64,000 nt of DNA from an uncultured Nitrospiraceae bacterium (GTDB lineage: Bacteria; Nitrospirota; Nitrospiria; Nitrospirales; Nitrospiraceae): NCBI GenBank assembly GCA_963846575.1, contig CAWJWJ010000002.1:416001-480000 (forward strand). The letters are read 5' to 3'. Positions 1 through 10,375 of this stretch are shown here, piece after piece. Positions within the stretch are counted from its first letter, which is position 1; every line of letters begins with the position of its first letter. The position numbers and the translations under genes are program-made. The notes under the pieces are model-generated. The model was not told the DNA's origin. It saw only the letters and a program-made list of their open reading frames with translations, and did not search any database.

Positions 1-566
1 GCCTGCGCCTCCCGCGACGCGACTTCCATATTGTCACGCAGCTCCTGGTCGGACCGGACGACCCGGAGGCCACGTCCTCCGCCGCCGGCGCTGGCCTTAA
101 TCATGACCGGATAGTTGATCCGGTGGGTGAATGCCAGGGCCTCTTCGAGGCTGGTCACTCCGCCTTCGGTGCCTGGCACAATCGGGACGCCCGCCTGTTG
201 AGCGATTTGCCGCGCCTTTACCTTGCTGCCCATGAGGTCGATCGTTTCCGGCGACGGACCGATGAAGGTAATGCCGGATGCTTGGCAGAGGCGGGCGAAG
301 CTTGCGTTTTCTGACAGGAACCCGTATCCGGGATGGATCGCATCGGCGCCAATGCGCTTGGCGATTTCCACGATCTGTTTCCCGTCCAGGAAGCCTTTGA
401 CGGGTCCCGGGCCTACGAGGTAGGACTCGTCGGCTTTCTTGACATAGATACCGGAGGAATCGGCTTCGGAATAGATCGCCGCCGTCGCGATCTTGAGTTC
501 GCGACAGCCACGGATAATGCGCATGGCGATTTCGCCACGATTTGCCACGAGGATCTTCCGGAACAT
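1..566 (-). CDS. Biotin carboxylase subunit (acetyl-CoA/pyruvate/2-oxoglutarate carboxylase family), runs off window start
   Basis: Manual translation (not in ORF track): MFRKILVANRGEIAMRIIRGCREL...IHPGYGFLSEN...MIKASAGGGGRG; classic biotin carboxylase motifs. Confidence 0.93.
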   Translation of the reverse strand, partial: MFRKILVANRGEIAMRIIRGCRELKIATAAIYSEADSSGIYVKKADESYLVGPGPVKGFLDGKQIVEIAKRIGADAIHPGYGFLSENASFARLCQASGITFIGPSPETIDLMGSKVKARQIAQQAGVPIVPGTEGGVTSLEEALAFTHRINYPVMIKASAGGGGRGLRVVRSDQELRDNMEVASREAQ

Positions 567-741
567 AACGGGTTTGCGAGAGGAGTGGAGCCGCAGCTCA
601 CCTCTGGACCGCCTCCAAAAAAGATCGCGTAACCTAGCATAGGGTCAAGAGAGTTGTCGAGACGAACGAGGACGAAACGATAGTTGCTGGAGCGGAGGAG
701 AGAACGGGGGCAGGATGGGGGTATCCTGCCCCGGGAGAGTC

Positions 742-1212
742 CTACTTGGTGTGGATGAGTACCGGCTTGGACTGCGCGCTACCTCCGCCCGCCACAACGA
801 TGATAAACGACATGCCGGCTTTCGCTTCCGGCACCACGGCTTCGATGGTGGTGTCATTTAGAAAATTATAGTCGACCTTTTCCTTGGAGGCGGCGCTGAA
901 CGTGACTCCGTGGAAACACTCCTTGCTGCCGAAATTCTCGCCCTTGATCGTGACCTTTTCGCCTGGTTTGGCTTCGTCCGGCTCGACCTTGGCGATGGAA
1001 GGACGCTTCGAGCGGTCGCAGACCGGATCTTTTTCGAGTTTCGACGCATCCGATCCCTTGATGGATTCCGTATCGAACATGCTAAATCCCGCCCCCTCCA
1101 CCATCGCGCCCTCTTGAGCGTGACCCGTTTGCGCGGAAATAAAGAGCAGGCCCAGAACAAGGGTGATGCCGATGATGGCCGATAGCATAGTGCGCATGAA
1201 TGCCTCCTTCAT
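742..1212 (-). CDS. Exported IPT/TIG-domain protein
   Basis: Signal peptide; PSIAKVEPDEAKPGEKVTIKGENFG resembles the IPT/TIG repeat; start may be a few codons downstream. Confidence 0.7.
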   Translation of the reverse strand: MKEAFMRTMLSAIIGITLVLGLLFISAQTGHAQEGAMVEGAGFSMFDTESIKGSDASKLEKDPVCDRSKRPSIAKVEPDEAKPGEKVTIKGENFGSKECFHGVTFSAASKEKVDYNFLNDTTIEAVVPEAKAGMSFIIVVAGGGSAQSKPVLIHTK

Positions 1213-2036
1213 GGGGATGATGTCTTCGGGAGGGGCGTATAAAACTCGCTGATGATTTTTTGCCCCGGATCCGAAAGGATAAATTGCTCAAACGCCTCGA
1301 CGAGCGGGTCGGGCTCATTGGGCGATATCAACAGGACTGGACGGCGGAGTGGATAACGGCCATCTTTGACGGTGGGGGTTTCGGGCTCCACCTTATCCAC
1401 CGGTAGGAGACGGACAGGCACGCCGGAGGCGACGGCTTCCAACGCCTGGCCGAGGGAGACGTAGGCGACAGCCGAGTTGGGTGGGAGGGTGCCGGCGACT
1501 GTCTTGATGACCTTTTCGTCCTTGGCAATGATTTTGGCTCCCTCGGGAATCTTGCCGACTATATTGAGCTGTTGTTCGAAGGCATCTCGATTGTTTTCGT
1601 TGCGAGGCCGGTCGATGAGGAGGATTTTCGTATCCGGCCCGCCCAGGTCGGCCCACATTTTAAACTTTCCGGAAAATAGCTCGGCCACATCTTGTGTGGT
1701 GACTTCTTTTGTGAAGTTCGAGCGGTGCACCATGATGGTGATCCCGTCCCAGGCAATTTGACGGGACCGAAGGCCCGGCTCCGGTGTTCCGGCGACGGCG
1801 ATCTTGGCCTGATTCGTTTTGACCATCTCGATAGGTTTCGAATTGTCATCCCACAGCACGTCCAAATAGACACGCGGATTGGATTTTTCAAAGGCGTGGG
1901 CCAGTGCCTCCATCATGCGTTGTTCGGGACCGTGACCGGCGATGGTTAAAGATCCTGCCAATTCTGCTGAGGCAGGGACGGAGAGGAGAAAAAAGAGGGC
2001 TGGGTATATAACGAATCGGTCGATAAGCGCATGCAT
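1209..2036 (-). CDS. PstS-like (PBP_like_2) substrate-binding protein
   Basis: Signal peptide, IAWDGITIMVH, ELFSGK..W.DLGG, GRYPLRRPVLL motifs; lacks canonical GS(S/T)T so ligand uncertain. Confidence 0.75.
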   Translation of the reverse strand: MHALIDRFVIYPALFFLLSVPASAELAGSLTIAGHGPEQRMMEALAHAFEKSNPRVYLDVLWDDNSKPIEMVKTNQAKIAVAGTPEPGLRSRQIAWDGITIMVHRSNFTKEVTTQDVAELFSGKFKMWADLGGPDTKILLIDRPRNENNRDAFEQQLNIVGKIPEGAKIIAKDEKVIKTVAGTLPPNSAVAYVSLGQALEAVASGVPVRLLPVDKVEPETPTVKDGRYPLRRPVLLISPNEPDPLVEAFEQFILSDPGQKIISEFYTPLPKTSSP

Positions 2037-2141
2037 GCTGAACCTGTCTCCCTGTCGGTCCTGGCCGTTCTGCTTCTCTGCGGGGCGGCGGGAAGAGTGG
2101 GCGAAGCAAGGGAGCGGCCTTCTCAATCCTTCAATCTTTGT

Positions 2142-2459
2142 TCAAAACCCGTTGCCTTCCGGGGGTGCGGAGCCTCCGCCACCGGACATCATGTCCGAGG
2201 TGACATCCACACGTTTGCCCATTGCGGGGGGAAGTTTAGAGAAACGGTCCATCCGCTCGTTCAGCATATTATACGCTTTCATCTCCTCGAATCCCGGCTT
2301 GTGTGAGCCTTTCACCTTCGAGGCGAACGCAGACAGTACCCTGGTGGCACCGACTCCATTGCATTGCGGGCATACGGTATCTTCAGGCCTCGCATGAATG
2401 GATTGCGTGGCCTCAAACTGCTGAGTGCAATGCTCACAACGATATTCGTAGACCGGCAT
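2142..2459 (-). CDS. FmdB-family zinc-ribbon protein
   Basis: MPVYEYRCEHC...CPQC; AAGGAG RBS. Confidence 0.85.
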   Translation of the reverse strand: MPVYEYRCEHCTQQFEATQSIHARPEDTVCPQCNGVGATRVLSAFASKVKGSHKPGFEEMKAYNMLNERMDRFSKLPPAMGKRVDVTSDMMSGGGGSAPPEGNGF

Positions 2460-2610
2460 AGCCGACTCCTTGGATAAGACCCCATGGCCGGGCGCTAAGA
2501 TGGATAAAGCGACGACGTCTGGCAGTATCGCTTGACCCTGTGCATATCTTTGAACTATTGTACCGAAAATCTGTGTCGAAACGCGAGTCACAATTGGAGG
2601 ACTGTTTCAA

Positions 2611-2787
2611 ATGCCCCTGTTAATTCGGAAATACAAAGGCAATAGTGGCATCATGCAGGAAGAGCGGATCGACGATCCGGACAGGATCGAACGCTACTTG
2701 CGGCTATTTGACGAGAAGGACGTCAAGAAGCTCGAGACGGGCGTCAAGACCGTGATTGAGAAGGATGAGTGGCTGCTCCTGCCGTAG
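2611..2787 (+). CDS. Small hypothetical protein (58 aa)
   Basis: Manual ORF MPLLIRKYKG...EWLLLP with GGGAG RBS; below ORF-track cutoff. Confidence 0.6.
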   Translation: MPLLIRKYKGNSGIMQEERIDDPDRIERYLRLFDEKDVKKLETGVKTVIEKDEWLLLP

Positions 2788-2929
2788 AGCGAACTCCTCG
2801 TATCACCTAACAATCTTACGTTTCTCATCGTCACTGATTGCGGGGAGGAGGCGCCTTTGGCGCATTGCCCTCCTGCCTTTTCGCATGGTAGGCTCTCGCC
2901 CAGCGACCGTGACGCAGCAGCGGGGTACC

Positions 2930-3133
2930 ATGGTTTATTGGGTTCACATTGCCCGGGCAATTGACCGAGTCACCCTCCATCGGGATCGTTGCTCGGAGGT
3001 GCCCTCCAGCGTGTCGAGCAGTGATTTTTGGGAGGGCGGGTGGTTCGACTACCCGGATAAGGAACGGGCGCTGGCGGCGATGGAGCAGGCCGGTACCAGT
3101 GATGAGCGCAAGTGTGCGCTCTGCAAGCCGTAA
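2930..3133 (+). CDS. Small hypothetical protein with C-terminal CxxCxP
   Basis: MVYWVH...LHRDRC...KCALCKP. Confidence 0.55.
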   Translation: MVYWVHIARAIDRVTLHRDRCSEVPSSVSSSDFWEGGWFDYPDKERALAAMEQAGTSDERKCALCKP

Positions 3134-3200
3134 TGTGGATATGATCCCTGTTGAATCGCCCGTTGGCAGGCCCTAGGCCTCGCAATTTTTTCCCTTCGCC

Positions 3201-4076
3201 ATGCCTCAACTCGCGCTACTCCTCACGACGTTTGTGTGGGGAGCGACGTTTCCTGCCACCAAAGCGGCGCTTGATCAAATTTCCCCGCTCTCGTTCCTCT
3301 TTTTACGGTTCCTCCTGGGGTTGATGCTCGTCCTCGCGATCCTTCTGATTGCGCGACGGGGCTTGGTCAGGGATTCCTTTACCCTGCGGATCAGCTTCAT
3401 CGCCACATGCTGGCTGTTTCTCGGCTATGTATTGCAGACGGTCGGTCTCAGCTTCACGACAGCCTCCAATTCCGCCTTCATCACCGTGCTCTACGTCGTG
3501 TTCGTCCCGTTGTATTTGCGCCGTATGGGCCTACATGCCTGGGTCTCCACGGGGATCGCGCTGGTTGGACTGTGGTTGCTGGTCCGTCCGAGTGCTTCCG
3601 CCAATTGGGGAGATCTGATGACCTTGGCGAGTGCCGCAGCCTTTGCTGCCCATATTGTCTGTCTGGAGCGATATACCCGCATCGTAGATCCCATTTCGCT
3701 CTTCGCATGGCAATTGCTGTTCATTACGTTGGCCATGTTGGGGACCATGTGGGGGGAAAGTCCGACCCTGCCGATGTTTGAACCGACCCGTGTTTTGGTC
3801 GTAGGGTTAGTCGTGACCGGTGTCCTGGCAACGGGAGCGTTTGCGATTCAAATGTGGGCCCAGCGATTGCTGCCGGCGCAGCAAGTCGCGCTGTTGTTTG
3901 CTGCGGAACCGGCTGTCGCGGCCTGGCTGGCATGGTATTTCCTGGGCGAGACACTCGATGCGCAGGGGTGGTTCGGCAGCGCGATGATTCTGGGCGGGGT
4001 GCTGTTCGGGTCGTGGACGACTGGGGATGTGTCGCCTGCTCAGGTCGGATCACCGGCACCTACAGAAGGAGGCTGA
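3201..4076 (+). CDS. DMT/EamA-family transporter
   Basis: WGATFPATK, LQTVGLSFTTASNSAFIT, EPAVAA; ~10 TM helices. Confidence 0.92.
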   Translation: MPQLALLLTTFVWGATFPATKAALDQISPLSFLFLRFLLGLMLVLAILLIARRGLVRDSFTLRISFIATCWLFLGYVLQTVGLSFTTASNSAFITVLYVVFVPLYLRRMGLHAWVSTGIALVGLWLLVRPSASANWGDLMTLASAAAFAAHIVCLERYTRIVDPISLFAWQLLFITLAMLGTMWGESPTLPMFEPTRVLVVGLVVTGVLATGAFAIQMWAQRLLPAQQVALLFAAEPAVAAWLAWYFLGETLDAQGWFGSAMILGGVLFGSWTTGDVSPAQVGSPAPTEGG

Positions 4077-4077
4077 A

Positions 4078-4548
4078 GTGGCGCAGAAATTCGGGAACAG
4101 TCGATGGGTGCAAGAGGGATTTTTGGACAATCGACAGGAGGGCGCAGTCATCGGCAGGATCACGTTCGCGGTATTAGGCCCCGTGGAGTTTTACCTGGCC
4201 GGTAATGGTCGGGGAGAGGTATTCGGCAAGGTGATACGATTTCAGAATAGCCGGTTTGCCGACGAGGACCTCGCCGGCCAAGTATTGGGAGATGTGGAGA
4301 TTCCTCAGATCGGCGAGGTGAGTTTGATTTCCTTCGACCCGCATCCGCACCTGGTGCCGCATCCCTACTTCGAATGGTTCTCGATGCGCAAGAATCACTA
4401 TCGCATCGAACTCGTGCCGGAAGATGCCTGGATTGCGACGGCGGAGGAAGTTGCGGAACTCGATGGCATGAGTCGGGAGATTCGGGATCGATTGGCCTCT
4501 CGGTACGGACGTCCGACCTTGCCAGTCGATGACTCAGAGTGGGTGTAG
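4078..4548 (+). CDS. Hypothetical protein
   Basis: GTG start with AGGAGG RBS directly after EamA stop; protein-like composition. Confidence 0.7.
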   Translation: MAQKFGNSRWVQEGFLDNRQEGAVIGRITFAVLGPVEFYLAGNGRGEVFGKVIRFQNSRFADEDLAGQVLGDVEIPQIGEVSLISFDPHPHLVPHPYFEWFSMRKNHYRIELVPEDAWIATAEEVAELDGMSREIRDRLASRYGRPTLPVDDSEWV

Positions 4549-4594
4549 GCGGGGGGTGGAGAGGCGGGCGCCGGGCGCCCGCCTTGGCCCTTGG

Positions 4595-5596
4595 TTAAGC
4601 GAGTTTATTCTTGCCTTCCCGCACGTGAACGGGCACTTCCCGGATGTCCCAGATCAGCCCCATCGCTTGCATGGCCCGCAACATGTAATAGGTGATGTCG
4701 ATTTCCCACCAAAAGAAGCCTTGGCGGGTCGAGGCTGCATAGTAGTGGTGATTATTGTGCCATCCCTCGCCCAGGGTAATCATGGCAAGGAAGAAATTAT
4801 TCTTGCTGTCGTCCCCGGTCTTGTAGCGCTGAGAGCCGTACACATGCGAGAGCGAATTGATGGTGCAGGTGCCGTGAAGCAGGGCCACCGTGGAGACGAA
4901 GAATCCCCAGATCAACATTTGGGGGCCATTGGTGCCGAGGCTGGGCGCGTAGGCCTCGAGTAATTTACCCAGGCCGAACATGCCGAACCCGCAGATCGTG
5001 GGGACGAGCGTGTCGAATCGATCCAGGAAGCGCAGTTCTGGAAACTTGGCGAAATCACCGATACTCTTGAGGCGTGGAGGAAAGAATTTCTTGGAGGAGA
5101 TCCAGCCGATATGAGCCCACAGAAATCCGCCTTGGCGCACCGAGTGAGTGTCTTCCGGCTTGTCAGAGTAGACGTGGTGATGGCGATGATGGCCGGCCCA
5201 CCAGAGGGGACCGCGCTGGGCGCAAGACGCTCCGAGGAGGGCAAAGGCAAACTGACAGGCCCGTGACGTCTTGAATGTCCGGTGAGAGAAATAGCGGTGA
5301 TACCAGCCTGTGATTGCGAACATGCGCACGAAGTAGAATGCGGCAGCCACGCCCACGGCCACCCAACTCCAGCCGACAATGAATACGCCCAGGCAAATCA
5401 GGTGCACAATAATCAGGGGAATGGCCCGCAGCCAATCGACACTTGCAGGGGCGGCATCAGTTCGCATCTTGTCGATTCCAGCCCAGGAGTCAAACCAGCG
5501 TAAGACGGTGAGCCAGGGAGCGTCGCTGGTGGGTTGCTCATCGCCTTTGGAAAGCTCACCTTCCGGTAAGGTGAGCGGATGCAGATCACTACTCAT
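4595..5596 (-). CDS. Membrane fatty-acid (delta-9 acyl-CoA type) desaturase
   Basis: Three His boxes HRYFSH, HRHHH, HNNHH; GEGWHNNHH. Confidence 0.95.
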   Translation of the reverse strand: MSSDLHPLTLPEGELSKGDEQPTSDAPWLTVLRWFDSWAGIDKMRTDAAPASVDWLRAIPLIIVHLICLGVFIVGWSWVAVGVAAAFYFVRMFAITGWYHRYFSHRTFKTSRACQFAFALLGASCAQRGPLWWAGHHRHHHVYSDKPEDTHSVRQGGFLWAHIGWISSKKFFPPRLKSIGDFAKFPELRFLDRFDTLVPTICGFGMFGLGKLLEAYAPSLGTNGPQMLIWGFFVSTVALLHGTCTINSLSHVYGSQRYKTGDDSKNNFFLAMITLGEGWHNNHHYYAASTRQGFFWWEIDITYYMLRAMQAMGLIWDIREVPVHVREGKNKLA

Positions 5597-5970
5597 GCCA
5601 CCTCCACATTTAGTGCGAATCAGAATGTATTACTGACAGGTCGCGCCGTGGTTTCACGTCACTTTGTCATCGCGGCGCTTGTAAGTGATACGATGAGGCA
5701 GGCCGCTGAATGCGTCGGCTTGTGTTGCTCACTTGAGCGATGTCACTGGGGCTCGACAACACGTGCCGTGAGTATACACGGATTCGAGAGGAAATGTCGT
5801 GAGATTTTTTACCGTTTGCAAACCCATGGTTTCACGGGCAGCCGTGGGCCGCGGCCGGCAGATGAGGCTTACGTGGATTCTCGTGTCCATGGCCTGGGCG
5901 ACCTGCGCGTTCAAGGCGGTACAGAATCGTTTGACTCCGTTTACAGTGCCCCTCTAAAATGCGCCCCACT

Positions 5971-6996
5971 ATGAACGATCGATTTCTGAAAGCCTGCCGG
6001 CGCGAACCCGTTGATTGCACGCCAGTGTGGTTCATGCGCCAGGCTGGCCGTTACATGATTGAATATCGCCGGTTGAGGGAGAAACATTCGATCCTCGACC
6101 TTTGTAAGACACCTGAACTCGCGGCAGAGGTCACGCTGCAGCCGATCGACCGTTTCGCGCTCGATGCCGCGATCATCTTTGCCGACATCCTCCTTCCCCT
6201 GGAACCGATGGGACTTTCACTGGAATTTGCGGAGGGTGAAGGGCCGATCATTCATAATCCTCTACGGGATCGAGCGGCGGTGGACCGGCTCAAATTAATC
6301 GATGACACCGAACTCCAATACGTGATGGACGCGATCAGCCTCACCCGTACCAGGCTGGCCGGTCGAGTGCCGTTGATCGGTTTTGCCGGAGCGCCCTTCA
6401 CGCTAGCGAGTTATGCCATCGAAGGTGGTAGTTCCCGGAACTATATCCATACGAAACAGATGATGTACAGCGAACCGGAGGTCTGGCATCGGTTGATGGA
6501 TAAGTTTGCGCGGGTGATTACCGGGTACCTCCGTCGTCAGATCAAGGCTGGCGCACAGGCCGTGCAGTTGTTTGATAGTTGGGTGGGATGTCTGTCTGCC
6601 GGTGACTATGCCGAGTACGTCATGCCCCATGTTCAGCTGATATTTGAGGGATTGAAGCATGAAGGCGTCCCGCTGATTCACTTCGGTACAGGCACCACGG
6701 CCATTCTGAAGTCGATGCGTCAGGCGGGCGGTGATGTCATCGGGATTGACTGGCGAATCCCTCTCGACGAGGCTTGGGCTCTGGTGGGGCATGATCGTGC
6801 CGTGCAGGGAAATCTCGATCCTGTCACGTTGTTCGGGCCAATCCACGAGATCGAGCGCCGGGTGACGGATATTCTGAGCCGCGCCGCAGGACGTCCGGGA
6901 CATATCTTTAACCTCGGCCATGGTATTCTTCCCAACACGCCGGTTGAGCACGTCTCCGCGACGATCGATCTGGTACACAAATTAAGCGCCCGCTAG
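5971..6996 (+). CDS. hemE: Uroporphyrinogen decarboxylase
   Basis: PVWFMRQAGRY, LIGFAGAPFTLASY, FNLGHGI. Confidence 0.98.
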   Translation: MNDRFLKACRREPVDCTPVWFMRQAGRYMIEYRRLREKHSILDLCKTPELAAEVTLQPIDRFALDAAIIFADILLPLEPMGLSLEFAEGEGPIIHNPLRDRAAVDRLKLIDDTELQYVMDAISLTRTRLAGRVPLIGFAGAPFTLASYAIEGGSSRNYIHTKQMMYSEPEVWHRLMDKFARVITGYLRRQIKAGAQAVQLFDSWVGCLSAGDYAEYVMPHVQLIFEGLKHEGVPLIHFGTGTTAILKSMRQAGGDVIGIDWRIPLDEAWALVGHDRAVQGNLDPVTLFGPIHEIERRVTDILSRAAGRPGHIFNLGHGILPNTPVEHVSATIDLVHKLSAR

Positions 6997-7117
6997 GGTG
7001 TGAACACTCGGCGGTCTTGTCCTGGTTCAATCGAGCGTTGAGGTTGAGAAGGACGCTCGAACCTCATCGGGCGTTCCGGGCTCGTTCGACAAGTGAACAT
7101 TACCCACGAAGGTGACG

Positions 7118-8062
7118 ATGCCTGAAACACAACGACCCGTTGCGGTGCTGCTGATGGCTATGGGTGGCCCAGACAGTCTGGAGAATGTCGAGGCCTACCT
7201 CAAGGACGTGCGGGGAGGCAGGGCGACTTCGCCCGAGCTCGTTGAGGAAATCCGCAATCGGTATCGTGTCACCGGCGGCAAATCTCCCGTGCTCGGCATC
7301 ACGCGCGAGGTCGCGCGGGCTTTGGAAGCGCGACTGAACGGGCCTGATGAGGCCCGTTACCGGTGTTATGTGGGGCTGCGGCATTGGCATCCTTTTATCA
7401 GGGAAACCTATGACCAGCTGCTGGTGGATTCGCCGGAACGAATCATTGGCCTCTGCATGGCCCCGCAGTATTCCTCGTTGAGCATCGGGGCATACGTCAA
7501 GAAAGTTGAAGACGCGCGGACCGAGCTCTCTGATGACACTCCGATCACCTTCGTGACAAGTTGGCATCGCCACCCGCTCCTGATTGCGGGTATTGCCGAC
7601 AACATTCGACTGACGTTGAAGAGTTTTCCGACGGAAGCGCGCACCCAGGTCCCCATCCTGTTTACCGCTCATAGTTTGCCGGAACGGGTGGTCGCCCTGA
7701 AGGACCCATACCCGGAGGAGGTCAGAGGGACGGTTGAGGCAGTGTGCGACCGTCTCAGGAGTCAACCGACCAGGTTCGCCTATCAAAGCCAGGGCCGGTC
7801 CGGCGAGAAGTGGCTCGGACCGTCGGTGGAGGACGCGCTGGCTGAACTGGCTCACGAAGGGCATCGTCACGTGCTCGTGGCCCCGATCGGCTTCATTTGC
7901 GATCACGTGGAGACATTGTATGATATCGATGTCGAGTTGAAGCAGCTGGCCCATGCGAAGGGTATGCAGCTGGAACGTATTCCGATGTTCAATGCCTCAG
8001 CTCGGCTGATCGACATCATCACGTCGATAGTGGAGGCGCACGAAACCTCCCTCAGTCACTAG
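7118..8062 (+). CDS. hemH: Ferrochelatase
   Basis: LLMAMGGP, GGKSP, FTAHSLP, WLGPS, GFICDHVETLYDID. Confidence 0.97.
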   Translation: MPETQRPVAVLLMAMGGPDSLENVEAYLKDVRGGRATSPELVEEIRNRYRVTGGKSPVLGITREVARALEARLNGPDEARYRCYVGLRHWHPFIRETYDQLLVDSPERIIGLCMAPQYSSLSIGAYVKKVEDARTELSDDTPITFVTSWHRHPLLIAGIADNIRLTLKSFPTEARTQVPILFTAHSLPERVVALKDPYPEEVRGTVEAVCDRLRSQPTRFAYQSQGRSGEKWLGPSVEDALAELAHEGHRHVLVAPIGFICDHVETLYDIDVELKQLAHAKGMQLERIPMFNASARLIDIITSIVEAHETSLSH

Positions 8063-8073
8063 CGGCACCACCC

Positions 8074-9528
8074 GTGGCGCGTACCCCCAAGTCAGTGGTT
8101 ATCGTTGGCGGAGGCATCTCCGGGCTCTCTACCGCCTTTGCTCTACTCGAGCAGGCTTCGGCGGCTGTTGTCCCGTTAACCTGCACTATTCTCGATGCCG
8201 CGCCGACTTGGGGCGGAAAGATCCAAACGCATCGCGTGGGACAGCTGGTCATGGAAGCCGGGCCGGATTCGTTTCTGTCGCAGAAACCGTGGGCCATGGA
8301 TCTGTGCCGACGCCTCGGTCTACTCGATCAACTCGTGAATACCAAGCCGGTCGCAAAAAAGGCGAGCGTGTTATGGGGGAACCAGCTCCACGAGTTGCCT
8401 GAAGGACTGGTGACGTTTACCCCGACTCAACTGGGGCCGTTTTTCCGTAGCGGGTTATTGTCGTGGCTCGACCTGGCGCGCATGGGCTGCGATCTGGTGA
8501 TTCCGCCGCGCCGCTCCACGGACGACGAATCGCTCGCCGCATTTTTCCGCCGCCGGTTCGGGCGACATGCCTGCGATCGGGTCATGGAGCCGCTTATGGC
8601 TGGCATCTATGCCGGTGATGCCGAGCAAATGAGTTTGCGCGCGACCTTTCCACGCTTTTCTGAGTTGGAACAGGCACACGGCAGCGTGATTCGGGGCATG
8701 ATGGAGGCCCGGCGTGCCAAGGCCCGGCAGGGGGCCGCAGCGGGCCCCCCGCATACGATGTTCGTTACCTTGAAAAACGGTCTCGGAGATTTGGTGACGG
8801 CGCTTGGCGGTCACATCCAAAAGACAGGCGGGATTCTGAAAGCAGGCGTTCAGGCGGAAGCCGTGCGTGTGCGATCGCACCAAGCCGGGCGCTGGATGTA
8901 CGACATCATCTGCAGCGACGGCACGGCCCTTTCTGCCGAAGCATTGGTGCTGGCCACGCCGGCCTATGTGAGTGCCGAATTGGTCCGGCCCTTATCACCC
9001 CTGGCGGCTGGACTGATGGATCGGATTCCCTATGCCTCGACGGCGACCATTTCCCTGGTGTATGAGGCCGGGGCGGTGGGCGACCGGCTGCAAGGGTTCG
9101 GCTTCGTGGTTCCCCGGATCGAGGGCCGGGACCTGATTGCTGCAACGTGGACGTCAAATAAATGGCCCCATCGGGCGCCTCCGCAGCAGGTGTCCGTGCG
9201 TTGTTATCTCGGAGGGGTCGGGCGGGAAGCCATTCTGCAGCGCGACGATGAGGCGTTGGCGCAGTGTGTGCGCAAGGAGTTGGCCGATATCGTGGGATTG
9301 CAGGCGGTGCCTCATTATACCGAGGTGAATCGGTGGCATCGAGCGATGCCGCAGTATACGATTGGCCACCTCGACAGGCTGTCGCAGCTGGAGGCGGCGC
9401 TCTCTCGATTCGGAGGCCTGAACATCACGGGAGCGGGCTATCGCGGAGTAGGAATTCCCGATTGTATCCGGGACGGTACGGAGATAGCGGCGCAGACACT
9501 GCGTTATCTACACACCACGATGGCGTAA
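8074..9528 (+). CDS. hemY: Proto/coproporphyrinogen oxidase, HemY family
   Basis: GGGISGL FAD motif, EAGPDSFL, GIYAGD, GVGIPDCI. Confidence 0.96.
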   Translation: MARTPKSVVIVGGGISGLSTAFALLEQASAAVVPLTCTILDAAPTWGGKIQTHRVGQLVMEAGPDSFLSQKPWAMDLCRRLGLLDQLVNTKPVAKKASVLWGNQLHELPEGLVTFTPTQLGPFFRSGLLSWLDLARMGCDLVIPPRRSTDDESLAAFFRRRFGRHACDRVMEPLMAGIYAGDAEQMSLRATFPRFSELEQAHGSVIRGMMEARRAKARQGAAAGPPHTMFVTLKNGLGDLVTALGGHIQKTGGILKAGVQAEAVRVRSHQAGRWMYDIICSDGTALSAEALVLATPAYVSAELVRPLSPLAAGLMDRIPYASTATISLVYEAGAVGDRLQGFGFVVPRIEGRDLIAATWTSNKWPHRAPPQQVSVRCYLGGVGREAILQRDDEALAQCVRKELADIVGLQAVPHYTEVNRWHRAMPQYTIGHLDRLSQLEAALSRFGGLNITGAGYRGVGIPDCIRDGTEIAAQTLRYLHTTMA

Positions 9529-9571
9529 GGGCCGGAACTGATTCGGACTTCCTGGAAAAAGGATTACCGCA

Positions 9572-9988
9572 ATGTTGAACGACCAATTAGTGATTTCCAC
9601 TGTGACAGGCCCTTTCCGCGAGCCGCGGGAGCCGGCATTGTCTTACGATTATTCCATTCAGCGGGCGACCTGGGCCGCGACTCATGCGGTTCGAGTGAAA
9701 ATCGCATTGGCGGAGGAACTGGATTATGTCAAAGAGAAATTGCTGGGGCCGGTCGTGGGGAGCCCCGGTCAACAATTGATGTTGAACAAATTTCTATCCC
9801 GCAAGATCGGTGACCAGAAGATTCGGATCGCGGAAGCGGAAGGTATGTTGAAAGAGCGCGGTGACGTCTTGCTGCCGGCGTTCACCGGACCCTGGGCGCA
9901 ATACTTTCAGCAATTGGAGTCCTGGGTTCAGGCGGAGCATGATGCGCTCCGGGCCGAGATCCGGAAAGTCACTGGCCTCTCGTTCTGA
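9572..9988 (+). CDS. Hypothetical protein
   Basis: 138-aa ORF with AAGGA RBS following hem cluster. Confidence 0.7.
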   Translation: MLNDQLVISTVTGPFREPREPALSYDYSIQRATWAATHAVRVKIALAEELDYVKEKLLGPVVGSPGQQLMLNKFLSRKIGDQKIRIAEAEGMLKERGDVLLPAFTGPWAQYFQQLESWVQAEHDALRAEIRKVTGLSF

Positions 9989-10375
9989 TCCTTCCTGGCA
10001 ACGACTGTGTGAGGGACGTGTTTGCGGTCGCACAGATCAGAGGCCTATCCCGTGCGACTGATCGTACGGTCCACGTGTCTGTCCCGCGGATCACCGTCAC
10101 GCCTGGGCGACTTGCTGCCGATTCTCTCCCATGGTGCTGCAGTCATTCGCTCACAGAATCTGTGGATAAGCATGTGTATATTCGCCTTCCCCCAGCCGGA
10201 TGTCCCTATCAGACTGCTTCTTCAGCAGCCTGCACAAGTTTTAGGCATTGGGGTCACTGACTTCACGACCCCCTAGATCCTGTAGAGGATGAAAACACCT
10301 AGGGATATGTTTCAGGGCCAGGTGGCGTCTGGGGATAATGGAGGCAATCGGGACGAGGCGTTTTGGCGCAGCGGC

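Noticed and set aside
1094..1103. CCCTCCACCA, a 10-nt match to the tRNA 3' end
   Set aside because: Inside a coding gene and on the wrong side of the tRNA. It shows short matches occur by chance, which is why the 46824 site is accepted only with its extra in-frame and symmetry evidence.
10161..10169. Perfect DnaA box (TGTGGATAA) in the intergenic gap after the hem cluster
   Set aside because: Single box, no cluster or AT-rich unwinding element visible; insufficient for oriC.
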